A DNA stretch of 64,000 nucleotides. It comes from an uncultured Alphaproteobacteria bacterium (lineage in GTDB: Bacteria; Pseudomonadota; Alphaproteobacteria; Rs-D84). The stretch lies in the NCBI GenBank assembly GCA_947053455.1, contig CAMRSV010000001.1, forward strand, positions 113,010 through 177,009. The letters are read 5' to 3'. This document shows, in pieces, positions 31,418 through 40,170 of this stretch. The notes beneath the pieces are model-generated. The model saw only the letters and a list, made by a program, of their open reading frames with translations, did no database searches and was not told the DNA's origin. Positions within the stretch are counted from its first letter, which is position 1. Every line of letters begins with the position of its first letter. A program made the position numbers and the translations under genes.

Positions 31418-33031
31418 ATGCGGGCACATAATCTATCATTATCATTTGGCACAACCGTAATTTACGACGGGGCGGAATTTAACCTGGCGCCGCGTGATAA
31501 ATGCGGGATAGTCGGCGTAAACGGTGCTGGAAAAACCACATTGTTTCGAATAATAACCGGTGAAATATCGCCCGATGCCGGCTTTGTCGATACAGGTGGC
31601 CGACGTATAGGATATCTGCCACAGGTTATAAAAATCCAAGACCAAAACCAAACCGTGTGGGATTTTTTATTATCAGGCCGCCCCATTGAAAGGCTAGAGG
31701 CGCAGATGCGCAGCCTCTACAACCAACTGGCACAAAATCCAGAGGATGAAAATTTATCGACACAAATTGCCAACACGCAACATGAACTGGATTATTACGA
31801 GGTGTACACCGCCGAAGATGAATTGCTGCGACTGATTGAAAGTATGAAGATTGATTCCCAATGGCTGGATATGAAATTATCCGAACTGTCCGGTGGTCAA
31901 AAATCCAAGGTAGCGTTTACGCGAATGTTGTATTCCATGCCAGAAATATTGTTACTAGACGAACCGACAAATCATCTGGACGCCCAGACGCGCGAATTTA
32001 TCGCATCATATCTGAACAAATACCGCGGATGCATTTTAGTAATCAGCCATGACCGCGATTTTCTAAACGCCGTAGCTGGCAAAATCATGCTGATTGATAA
32101 GCGGGATAAAAAAATATCTGTATTTGACGGTAACTATGACGCGTATTTGAACAAGGCCGCCGAATTAAAGCGTGCGCGTGCACAACAAATAGAAGCAGAA
32201 AACAGAAAAATTGAACACCTGTCTGATTTTGTAAAGCGTGCCGATGCCGCCAGCCCCACACGCCATGCAATGAAACGCGCGGGCAAGGTTCGCGCCGCAA
32301 TTTTGGAAAAAATCATTGCAAACCGAACAGAACGTGAAGCGATATATAAAAAAGTTCGAATGAATCTGGCACCAAAAAGCGACGGTGCAAAATTCCCGAT
32401 TACGGTTCAAGACCTGTGGTTCCGATATCCTGGCGCGCGGTTACTGTACCGGAAACTGTCTTTTTACATAACAGGTGGCGAAAGGTTTTTAATTGTTGGT
32501 GAAAACGGCGCGGGGAAATCTACACTTTTAAAACTGATAATGGGGATGCTGTCACCGGAACGGGGAAAAATTGAAATCAATCCAAAGACTGACATTGCAT
32601 ACTACGCCCAAGAACTAGAGCAACTGGATTTATCAAAAACAATTTTGGAAAATGTTGCATCCGATGAATACACAGACGACCAATTACGCGCAGCGCTGGG
32701 GAATTTTTTATTTTCTGGCACCGACGTATTTAAAAAATTAGACACATTATCACCGGGTGAACGGGCGCGTGTCGCATTATGCAGGGTTTTGTTACGGCGT
32801 GCCAATATGTTAATACTGGACGAGCCGACAAACCATTTAGATCCGGAAACCCAGCGCATAATCGGCGACAACTTTCGCGACTTTGTTGGTACAATTATCG
32901 TCGTAAGCCATAACCCGGATTTTGTTGAACAAATTGGAATAACGCGCATGCTGGTACTGCCCGACGGACGCATAGAAGATTATGACCACGACAAACTGGA
33001 ATATTACTATGAATTAAACAGTGAAAAATAA
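31418..33031 (+). CDS. ABC-F family ATPase (two ABC domains, no TMD)
   Basis: Two Walker A motifs (GVNGAGKTT, GENGAGKST) and two signature motifs (LSGGQKSKV, LSPGERARV). Confidence 0.85.
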   Translation: MRAHNLSLSFGTTVIYDGAEFNLAPRDKCGIVGVNGAGKTTLFRIITGEISPDAGFVDTGGRRIGYLPQVIKIQDQNQTVWDFLLSGRPIERLEAQMRSLYNQLAQNPEDENLSTQIANTQHELDYYEVYTAEDELLRLIESMKIDSQWLDMKLSELSGGQKSKVAFTRMLYSMPEILLLDEPTNHLDAQTREFIASYLNKYRGCILVISHDRDFLNAVAGKIMLIDKRDKKISVFDGNYDAYLNKAAELKRARAQQIEAENRKIEHLSDFVKRADAASPTRHAMKRAGKVRAAILEKIIANRTEREAIYKKVRMNLAPKSDGAKFPITVQDLWFRYPGARLLYRKLSFYITGGERFLIVGENGAGKSTLLKLIMGMLSPERGKIEINPKTDIAYYAQELEQLDLSKTILENVASDEYTDDQLRAALGNFLFSGTDVFKKLDTLSPGERARVALCRVLLRRANMLILDEPTNHLDPETQRIIGDNFRDFVGTIIVVSHNPDFVEQIGITRMLVLPDGRIEDYDHDKLEYYYELNSEK

Positions 33032-33032
33032 A

Positions 33033-33062
33033 AAAACACCGGCAAATTCCGGTATTTTTATA
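33033..33062. repeat. Palindromic terminator-repeat family, copy 1
   Basis: AAAAACACCGGcaaattCCGGTATTTTTAT between convergent genes. Confidence 0.7.
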
Positions 33063-33066
33063 TAAT

Positions 33067-33909
33067 TTAATATGAATTTGTGGCAAATTCAGCCAGTGCC
33101 TTTTTCAAGCTGTCGCGCCAATGCGGAACCGAAACACCAAAGTCACGAACAATATCATCCTTGTCAAGAACACTATAGTGCGGACGCTTCGCGGGCGTTG
33201 GATATTGCGCCGTATTTATCGGATTTACTTTACATTTCAAACCAGATAATTCCATTATGCTGTGCGCAAAATCATACCAAGAGCACGCGCCGGCATTTGA
33301 ATAATGATATATTGCCTGCATTCCCGGCTTTATTTCGCCAGCAATTTTTACAATTGCCGCCGCCAAATCCGCCGCCCAAGTTGGTGTTCCAATCTGATCT
33401 GCGACAACATTTAATTCTGCGCGTTCCGCCCCCAGGCGTCGCATTGTCTTTACAAAATTGTTTCCAAACGCCGAATATAACCATGCGGTGCGTATAATAA
33501 CCGCAGTATTCGCCACACCCATAATTACATTTTCGCCTTGAAGTTTTGTTTGCCCATAAACCGATACAGGATTCGTTTTATCAGAAGGTGAATATGGCCT
33601 GTGACCTTTGCCATCAAATACATAGTCCGTTGATATGTGAATTAACGGCACACCAGTTAATGCCAGATTGCGCACGCCATCAACATTAACACGCCGCGCG
33701 ATATCCGGTTCTGATTCCGCCTTGTCTACCGCGGTGTATGCAGCGCAATTTATTATCAAATCAATATTTTTTTCGCGCACAAAATTCATTACATCCGTAG
33801 TACCCGTTATATCCAACATTTTAGAATCAGCAAAAACAGCATTCGGAATCAATCGGCGCAATTCGCACCCCAATTGCCCATTAGCCCCGGTAACCAACCA
33901 CATCGTCAA
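33067..33909 (-). CDS. rfbD: dTDP-4-dehydrorhamnose reductase
   Basis: MTMWLVTGANGQLG Rossmann start. 280 aa. Confidence 0.8.
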   Translation of the reverse strand: MTMWLVTGANGQLGCELRRLIPNAVFADSKMLDITGTTDVMNFVREKNIDLIINCAAYTAVDKAESEPDIARRVNVDGVRNLALTGVPLIHISTDYVFDGKGHRPYSPSDKTNPVSVYGQTKLQGENVIMGVANTAVIIRTAWLYSAFGNNFVKTMRRLGAERAELNVVADQIGTPTWAADLAAAIVKIAGEIKPGMQAIYHYSNAGACSWYDFAHSIMELSGLKCKVNPINTAQYPTPAKRPHYSVLDKDDIVRDFGVSVPHWRDSLKKALAEFATNSY

Positions 33910-34432
33910 ATCCTTTTGCTAATTTATCTTTTTCAGAAATAACCGCCTTATCCGCTGGAATCCGCCAATCAATGCCGAACGCCGGGTCATCAAAACGCAC
34001 ACCGAATTCAGATTCCTTGTTATACAGGTTGTCGCACTTATATGCAAAAATTGCCGTTTCACTTAACACAGAAAATCCGTGCAGGAATCCGCGCGGCATA
34101 AACAATTGACGGTTGTTTTCCGCGGACAACTCAACGGCGACATGCTTTCCAAATGTCGGTGAACCCTCGCGAATATCAACCGCCACGTCAAGAACAGTTC
34201 CCTGCAAAACACGAACCAATTTCGCCTGGGCATGCTCGTCCAACTGGCAATGCAGGCCGCGAATAACACCATATGATGACTTTGATTGATTATCCTGAAC
34301 GAACTTGTTTGTTATTCCGTTTTTAATAAACTCTGCCTCGTTATAACTTTCGAAAAAGTACCCGCGGTCATCGGCGAAAACACGCGGTTCAACAATAATG
34401 ACACCTTCTATTTCGGTTTTTATAAAGTTCAT
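33881..34432 (-). CDS. rfbC: dTDP-4-dehydrorhamnose 3,5-epimerase
   Basis: ADDRGYFFESY and GVIRGLHCQ motifs. Confidence 0.8.
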   Translation of the reverse strand: MNFIKTEIEGVIIVEPRVFADDRGYFFESYNEAEFIKNGITNKFVQDNQSKSSYGVIRGLHCQLDEHAQAKLVRVLQGTVLDVAVDIREGSPTFGKHVAVELSAENNRQLFMPRGFLHGFSVLSETAIFAYKCDNLYNKESEFGVRFDDPAFGIDWRIPADKAVISEKDKLAKGFDDVVGYRG

Positions 34433-34443
34433 TTTTTCACCAC

Positions 34444-35055
34444 TTATTCAAAACATTTTTTAAGAGCCGCACCAGTATCAACCTGGTCTACGCGTTTGTT
34501 GCGTATTTCCTCGGCCGCCTTTATCTTTTGTTTTGCAATTATCAAATCCGGATGCGATTGCAGTTCTGTATTCAACCTGTCCACTGCATCAGATATTTCG
34601 GATTCAGTCCTAACAAATACAGGCATTATTGAATCCGCCGCCCCATAAACCGCATTATAAAGTTCGGTTTTATTATCTTCAATAACAGATAAATATGCGC
34701 GAATATGTTCATCTTCGTGTGATAAAATTGCATCATATGAACAGGTATCAGGACTGTGCCTCAAATCAATTTTAACCAGAAAATCACTGTACCCTATTGT
34801 AGCCGCAACAGATTTTAACCCAACGCAAAATCCGTCTTCAATCGGTGTTATATCTGCCGTTATATCATAATTATCAACCATTGTCGCAATTACGTTTCCA
34901 TGCAAATAATCCATCGGTGTCAAGGGTTGTACAACCTCCTTGGTCCAATCGGGTGTTTCGATATCAATTCGCGGCTTTAGTTTATAATCCAGGCAATCAT
35001 CAGCACGCGCCGACATCGCAAAAATTAAAAGAAATCCGATAATAAACCGTTTCAT
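34444..35055 (-). CDS. Secreted putative Zn-metallopeptidase (DUF922-like; HEDEH motif)
   Basis: Signal peptide MKRFIIGFLLIFAMSARA. HExxH motif SHEDEHIRAY. Confidence 0.4.
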   Translation of the reverse strand: MKRFIIGFLLIFAMSARADDCLDYKLKPRIDIETPDWTKEVVQPLTPMDYLHGNVIATMVDNYDITADITPIEDGFCVGLKSVAATIGYSDFLVKIDLRHSPDTCSYDAILSHEDEHIRAYLSVIEDNKTELYNAVYGAADSIMPVFVRTESEISDAVDRLNTELQSHPDLIIAKQKIKAAEEIRNKRVDQVDTGAALKKCFE

Positions 35056-35115
35056 ACCATGATTATATCGGATAAAAATGTAAATTTCTATTATTTTAAT
35101 CAGGCAACGCCATCG

Positions 35116-37536
35116 TTAAAAATCACCGGCACCCTGCTTTTTTAGGTATTCGGCAACAAATGCGCTGCCGTATTGACGGTATAGTTCCTCGGCCAACAAC
35201 ACTGACGAACGACCGGATTCAAACAGTCGCAATAAACTACCCAGTCCGCCCAGTTCTGTATTTAAAATAACAGATTCACCGGTCACTGGCCGCGATAACA
35301 ATACCGCGCGTTTTAGATTCGGATATGCCTTGCCCTGAATAAACGCCATTTCAATCGGATTTAGATTCCAATGTGCATAATCGTTTGCGTCCGCCCCGGG
35401 ATTACGGAAGAACATCACCGTCTGCACCTGGCCACGAACAACGTCGCCAATCCCCAGTTTATCTAAAACGTTCGCACGCTGAAACGCGACCATGTATGCC
35501 TGGCGATTTTTGCGCCCTTCCTGCAGGCCCATTATAAAATTATCACGGAACATCTTGTTTTCCAGCATTGGCGCCGTTTCGTCAATCATAATCAGTGACG
35601 GATTACCGCCAGATACGGTTATATTATTAATTCTGTGCAATATATAAGATATAACCGCAGGGGCAAGCGTCTCGTCCTGTAATATATCTGTAAAGTCAAA
35701 TGTGGTAAGTCGCGCCTGCAAATCAAGCGTATCGGACGCATCATTAAACATGTCGCCGTACTGCAACGGATCAACCCATTTTTTCAGCGCCGGACGCATG
35801 TTGCCCGCGGATGAAAAACAACTTTCCCACAAGTTTTTAAGCAATCTGTCACGTTCGGGCAAATAATCAAAATTTACCGAAACCGCACGCGCGATTTCAT
35901 CCATGGACGTGGCGTCATTTTGCCCTGTTATCATTGCAAACCAACGTCGCAGGAACGCCCTGTTTGCCGCTGTGTCCGCCATTTTCAGCGGATTCAGACG
36001 TGTTTCAAATTGTGCGGCCATGGGGTCGGTGTTTTTTTCGCGCCCTTGCATTGTGACATATTTTCCACCAACCGAAAGTGTAAATATCTCTGCACCCTTG
36101 TTTCTATCAAAGAAAAAGGCTTTTAACTTTTGATGACGCATTGCCTGCGCAATCAGGAAACTAAACAACGTAGTTTTACCACCACCGGTCGGCCCTATGG
36201 TAAGGGTATGCCCCACCGCCGCGGGTGCATCAGATACATGAAATTGAAACTGATACGGGGTTCCCTGCGCCGTCGGGAATACAACCAATGGTCCCGACCC
36301 CCAGTCGGAATTTGCAACACCACGCGGCTGGGTTGACATGGGAATGCTTATCGCGGCCGTCCGCGACAACATCTTGAAACTGCGCGGAAAAACATCAAAA
36401 CCCGGAATCTGTGAAAACCACGAAACCTTTGATGCAAATGTTTCAACAATTGGCGACACACCAAAAGACGCGGAAATCTTTCTAAATTCATCGATATATT
36501 TATCCAGTTTCCCCGGCGTTTTTCCAAACAATACGAACAACGGATAATAATTTACCAAGCTTTGATTACCGGACAGATTTTCATCCATCGCGCGATTTGC
36601 GGCGTCAATCTGGGAATGAGTGGAATCATTTTCCTCTTCTGCGGTTGTGCGACGCTGACGCAGGGCAACCTCTACATCCGCGGCGCCCATTACGCGGAAA
36701 CCGTTCATACAAATCATTTCAGTCTGAATTGTGGAAACGGTGGTAAAAAATTCCTCGTCCAGGTAATCGGGCGATATGCGAAAGGACAACATCGCCGCAT
36801 AAGATTCTTCGTTGCCGCTTATATACCTAACCAGGCCATTTTGCAAAAATTCCACATTATCAACGGCAACCAAATCAGAAATATTGTTATCACACACGGC
36901 GGGCGTGGGCTTTGAAATCGGGGACAAAATACGCCCAAAAAATCGCGCCATATTGTCTGGCGACGTATTTTTCAATACGCTTGGTCTGTACGCCGCCAAA
37001 ATCGATTCAATGTAATTTCCATACTGATTTAATTTGCCACGCGCGGACGCACCAGACACCGACAGCACAATATAATAACTGTTCAGAAAAATGCGCAATC
37101 CCTGCGATTTCCATTTGTCATATATTTTTTGCAGCACAGGCTGATGAAACTCGTAATCTGTGTTTTCGTCGGCTGCGTCACGAACCATATAAAAACGCAA
37201 AGTGACACTGGGGTCATGTATCTGGTTGAACAATTGCGTGCGTAAATCCAAAAATTTTTCACGGGTTGCGTCATCTTGCATACTGGTTTGAACCCCAACA
37301 ACACGATATACACGAACAAGTGACCCGTCCGTTAATTCAATTGAATTATCGTCAAAAACTGTCTTGAACGGCAGGTATCTGGCATATGATGCATAGCCAA
37401 ACCGAGGAAACACCCGGCGAACCAATGCCGGCACGTACATCATCATCACAACAAAGACCAGCACCGTTATCATCGCCAGAACGATTGTTGTTATCGGGAA
37501 TCCGCCACCTGCAAAGTATTCAAAAAATCCGTTCAT
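35116..37536 (-). CDS. virB4: Type IV secretion system ATPase VirB4
   Basis: 806 aa. N-terminal TM, Walker A TIGPTGGGKTTLFS, overall VirB4/TrbE architecture. Confidence 0.85.
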   Translation of the reverse strand: MNGFFEYFAGGGFPITTIVLAMITVLVFVVMMMYVPALVRRVFPRFGYASYARYLPFKTVFDDNSIELTDGSLVRVYRVVGVQTSMQDDATREKFLDLRTQLFNQIHDPSVTLRFYMVRDAADENTDYEFHQPVLQKIYDKWKSQGLRIFLNSYYIVLSVSGASARGKLNQYGNYIESILAAYRPSVLKNTSPDNMARFFGRILSPISKPTPAVCDNNISDLVAVDNVEFLQNGLVRYISGNEESYAAMLSFRISPDYLDEEFFTTVSTIQTEMICMNGFRVMGAADVEVALRQRRTTAEEENDSTHSQIDAANRAMDENLSGNQSLVNYYPLFVLFGKTPGKLDKYIDEFRKISASFGVSPIVETFASKVSWFSQIPGFDVFPRSFKMLSRTAAISIPMSTQPRGVANSDWGSGPLVVFPTAQGTPYQFQFHVSDAPAAVGHTLTIGPTGGGKTTLFSFLIAQAMRHQKLKAFFFDRNKGAEIFTLSVGGKYVTMQGREKNTDPMAAQFETRLNPLKMADTAANRAFLRRWFAMITGQNDATSMDEIARAVSVNFDYLPERDRLLKNLWESCFSSAGNMRPALKKWVDPLQYGDMFNDASDTLDLQARLTTFDFTDILQDETLAPAVISYILHRINNITVSGGNPSLIMIDETAPMLENKMFRDNFIMGLQEGRKNRQAYMVAFQRANVLDKLGIGDVVRGQVQTVMFFRNPGADANDYAHWNLNPIEMAFIQGKAYPNLKRAVLLSRPVTGESVILNTELGGLGSLLRLFESGRSSVLLAEELYRQYGSAFVAEYLKKQGAGDF

Positions 37537-37539
37537 ATT

Positions 37540-37836
37540 TTACGCCACCAGTTTATTCGGTATCTTTTTTTTCATCAGTTGTATTTTTGCCGCGACAATC
37601 TGACCCAGTTGTGGATCGCGCTTTGAAAATGCCGCCAAAATCATATGTACCACAATGACGGACAACAAAAACCACAAAGGATTAATTACACCCTGCCCCT
37701 TTGTAAGAACCAAGCTTACGACAAAAATCGCCATAAATATCAAAAACTGAAGGGTAAAGTTTATCACAGCCAGCATATATGGCACATAAAATATACGCGC
37801 CGGGTTTGCCAATGCTTTCAGAACTTGCTGTTTCAT
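37540..37836 (-). CDS. virB3: Type IV secretion system protein VirB3
   Basis: About 98 aa with two TM segments and the NPLW...PLWF-like motif. Stop is 4 nt from the virB4 start. The long ORF to 37932 is probably upstream read-through. Confidence 0.7.
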   Translation of the reverse strand: MKQQVLKALANPARIFYVPYMLAVINFTLQFLIFMAIFVVSLVLTKGQGVINPLWFLLSVIVVHMILAAFSKRDPQLGQIVAAKIQLMKKKIPNKLVA

Positions 37837-37868
37837 AATCTCTCCCCTTGTGTTAAAAATTATAACAA

Positions 37869-38061
37869 TTTCAACAATTTTCAACAAGCATAAAAAATAT
37901 ATGAAATATTTTGTTAAAAGTGTTGAAAACATGATAGTTTTTTAACAGTTAATTAAATGCATAAGTTTTCAACAAATTTCTAAAAATCCGCAGAAAATTA
38001 ACAAAAAATTGTTGAAAACTTGTTAAAAAATACATAATAAACGTTTTCAACAGTTTCAACA
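37869..38061. promoter_or_regulatory. Array of seven TTTCAACA 9-mers (5 direct, 2 inverted) in the virB3/rpmJ divergent intergenic region
   Basis: Copies at 37869, 37878, 37921(inv), 37966, 38010(inv), 38044, 38054. TTAA-N7-TTAA at 37942-37956. Confidence 0.5.
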
Positions 38062-38146
38062 GGCACTATAAAAACAACAAATAATATAATAATTATTTGA
38101 TTTTTTCCAAAAAGCGTTTATAATCGGCAGGTAAAAAGGATTTGAT

Positions 38147-38281
38147 ATGAAATTTTTAAGTTCATTAAAGGCTTGGAAAAAACGCGGCAATGTAAAACAG
38201 ATTCGTCGTGGTAAGCAGATTATCCTGATTGATCCGGATAATCCGAAATTCAAGGCCAAGCAGGGCTTTAAGAAAAAATAA
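38147..38281 (+). CDS. rpmJ: Ribosomal protein bL36, zinc-independent paralog (no Cys)
   Basis: MKFLSSLKAWKKRGNVKQIRRGKQIILIDPDNPKFKAKQGFKKK. SD AAGGA 7 nt upstream. Below the ORF-track size cutoff. Confidence 0.7.
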   Translation: MKFLSSLKAWKKRGNVKQIRRGKQIILIDPDNPKFKAKQGFKKK

Positions 38282-38311
38282 AGCCGATTGTCGTAATTGC
38301 GACATATGATA

Positions 38312-38342
38312 TTTATGCCCTTTATCGGGCATATTTTTTATT
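38312..38342. terminator. Bidirectional terminator between rpmJ and the SufD-like gene
   Basis: ATGCCC-tttatc-GGGCAT + TTTTTTATTT. Confidence 0.55.
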
Positions 38343-39022
38343 TAAAATAACGGCAAATCATTCATAAATGCGTCACGCATGGCGACGTCTACCTCTGCCC
38401 TGGACAGACCGGCCGAACGTAAAAATTCTATTTGTGGTTTGGTCGGGTGAAAAATTGCAGCGCCGTGTTCGGCTGATTTAGGAATGGCATTTATTCTTTG
38501 CATGGGCATGAATGTTATTTTTGCCGTTTTGTCCGACAACGCCGAAAAAGATATGTCGGAAATTACGGATGTTGCGTTTCTTTCAATTTCAGCCGCACCA
38601 GACAATTTTGTCACCGAATTTTTATTTGCAACGATTTTTGTGTTAATTAAAATCGTTGTATTTGGCGCCAAATGTTTTGCGTTTATATTCAAATTAAATG
38701 TGTCGCTGTTTTCAATAATAACATGACAACGAATTTCAGAATTTTCCCCGATGTTTTTTATAAAAAAATTCAAAAAGGCCGGCTTTTTATTTTTTAAATT
38801 TACGCTAACAAACACTTTTTGATGTGCCACCCGCAGGTCTATGTTCAATTCATTTTGACCAGATAATTCACCGACATATATTATATGAATTGGCAAATCA
38901 TAGTTTTTATCTATTACCCCGTTATTTATTGTCGACAATTCGGGTACAAACACGCCGTCACGGTAAACTATTGTTTCCGCGGGAAATGTTTTTATATTGA
39001 ATTGATTCCACATGTATGACAT
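38342..39022 (-). CDS. Short SufB/SufD-family protein (C-terminal beta-helix plus helical domain only, 226 aa)
   Basis: C-terminus HGAAIFHPTKPQIEFLRSAGLSRAEVDVAMRDAF parallels the SufD C-terminus [21 protein letters not shown]... Confidence 0.5.
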   Translation of the reverse strand: MSYMWNQFNIKTFPAETIVYRDGVFVPELSTINNGVIDKNYDLPIHIIYVGELSGQNELNIDLRVAHQKVFVSVNLKNKKPAFLNFFIKNIGENSEIRCHVIIENSDTFNLNINAKHLAPNTTILINTKIVANKNSVTKLSGAAEIERNATSVISDISFSALSDKTAKITFMPMQRINAIPKSAEHGAAIFHPTKPQIEFLRSAGLSRAEVDVAMRDAFMNDLPLF

Positions 39023-39049
39023 ATTATTTGCATTATAAAGGATTTTGAC

Positions 39050-40129
39050 ATGGGATTCAATTGTGGAATTGTCGGCCTGCCGAATGTTGGTAAATCGACA
39101 CTATTTAATGCCTTGACGCAAAGCGCCGCCGCAGACGCGCAAAATTATCCGTTCTGTACAATAGAACCAAATACCGGACGTGTGGTTGTGCCGGATGCAA
39201 CACTAATGCAGTTGGCGGGCGCCGCAAAGTCGCAAAAGATTATTCCGACACAACTGGAAATAGTTGATATTGCGGGTCTGGTCAAGGGTGCAAGTGCTGG
39301 CGAGGGACTTGGAAACAAATTTCTGGGAAATATCTTGGCGACGGACGCAATAATTCATGTTGTTCGCTGCTTTGAAAATGATGACATAGTTCATGTCAAT
39401 GGCCGTATTGACCCGTTGATGGACATTGAAACCATTGAAACGGAATTAATGCTGGCGGATATGGAAAGTCTGGAAAAGCAGATAAAAAATTTAGAGAAAA
39501 AAGCACGCGGACTTGATAAAGAGGCGGCAAAGTTGTTGTCTGATGCATGTGCCATTCGTGATGCGTTATCACGCGGCGTGCCGGCACGTTCGGGTGACAC
39601 AGATGCGGCGCCGTTTAATCTGCTAACGGCAAAGCCGGTGATTTATGTTTGTAATGTAGAGGAATCTGCCGCCGCGCATGGCAACAAATATTCGGACATG
39701 GTTCGTGAAAAATTTGGAAACAATGCGCCGGTGTTGGTAATATCATCAAAAATCGAAATGGAAATCTCTCAAATTGTAGATTTAGATGAACGTAAAATGT
39801 TTTTGGATGATTTGGGGCTAAACGAATCCGGCCTTGATAAGGTTATAAAGACTGGTTATGCAACGCTTGGTCTGCAGACATTTTATACAATCGGTCCCAA
39901 GGAAGCGCACGCATGGACAATTACGCGCGGGATGACCGCCCCCCAGGCGGCCGGAAAAATCCACACCGATTTTGAAAAAGGATTTATTCGTGCAGAAATT
40001 ATAACACCGGCGGATTTTTTGGAGTTTGGTGGCGAAGTTGCCGTCAAAGAGGCAGGTCGCATGAAACTTGTCGGGCGCGATTATATAATGCAAGATGGGG
40101 ATATTTGTCATTTCCTGTTTAATAATTAA
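39050..40129 (+). CDS. ychF: Ribosome-binding ATPase YchF
   Basis: GIVGLPNVGKSTLFNALT, TGS domain. 359 aa. Confidence 0.9.
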   Translation: MGFNCGIVGLPNVGKSTLFNALTQSAAADAQNYPFCTIEPNTGRVVVPDATLMQLAGAAKSQKIIPTQLEIVDIAGLVKGASAGEGLGNKFLGNILATDAIIHVVRCFENDDIVHVNGRIDPLMDIETIETELMLADMESLEKQIKNLEKKARGLDKEAAKLLSDACAIRDALSRGVPARSGDTDAAPFNLLTAKPVIYVCNVEESAAAHGNKYSDMVREKFGNNAPVLVISSKIEMEISQIVDLDERKMFLDDLGLNESGLDKVIKTGYATLGLQTFYTIGPKEAHAWTITRGMTAPQAAGKIHTDFEKGFIRAEIITPADFLEFGGEVAVKEAGRMKLVGRDYIMQDGDICHFLFNN

Positions 40130-40139
40130 AAGATTATAA

Positions 40140-40170
40140 AAATACCGGCATTGGCCGGTATTTTTATATT
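40140..40170. repeat. Palindromic terminator-repeat family, copy 2
   Basis: AAAATACCGGCattgGCCGGTATTTTTAT between ychF and dnaG. Confidence 0.7.

Noticed and set aside
31316-31429. N-terminal 38 aa of the 129-aa minus-strand ORF
   Set aside because: Cys- and Phe-rich segment with no homology. The PNPOx-like similarity starts at the internal Met, and the region overlaps the start of the ABC-F gene.
37837-37932. N-terminal 32-aa extension of VirB3 in the 130-aa ORF
   Set aside because: Homology to VirB3 begins at MKQQVLKALANPARIF. The upstream extension looks like read-through of the AT-rich promoter.
37869-38061. Chromosomal replication origin (TTTCAACA is a 7/9 match to the DnaA box TTATCCACA, and a CtrA-like box is present)
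   Set aside because: Suggestive only. There is no perfect DnaA box and no hemE/dnaA-type neighbourhood, and I cannot compute GC skew here. Kept as a regulatory array.
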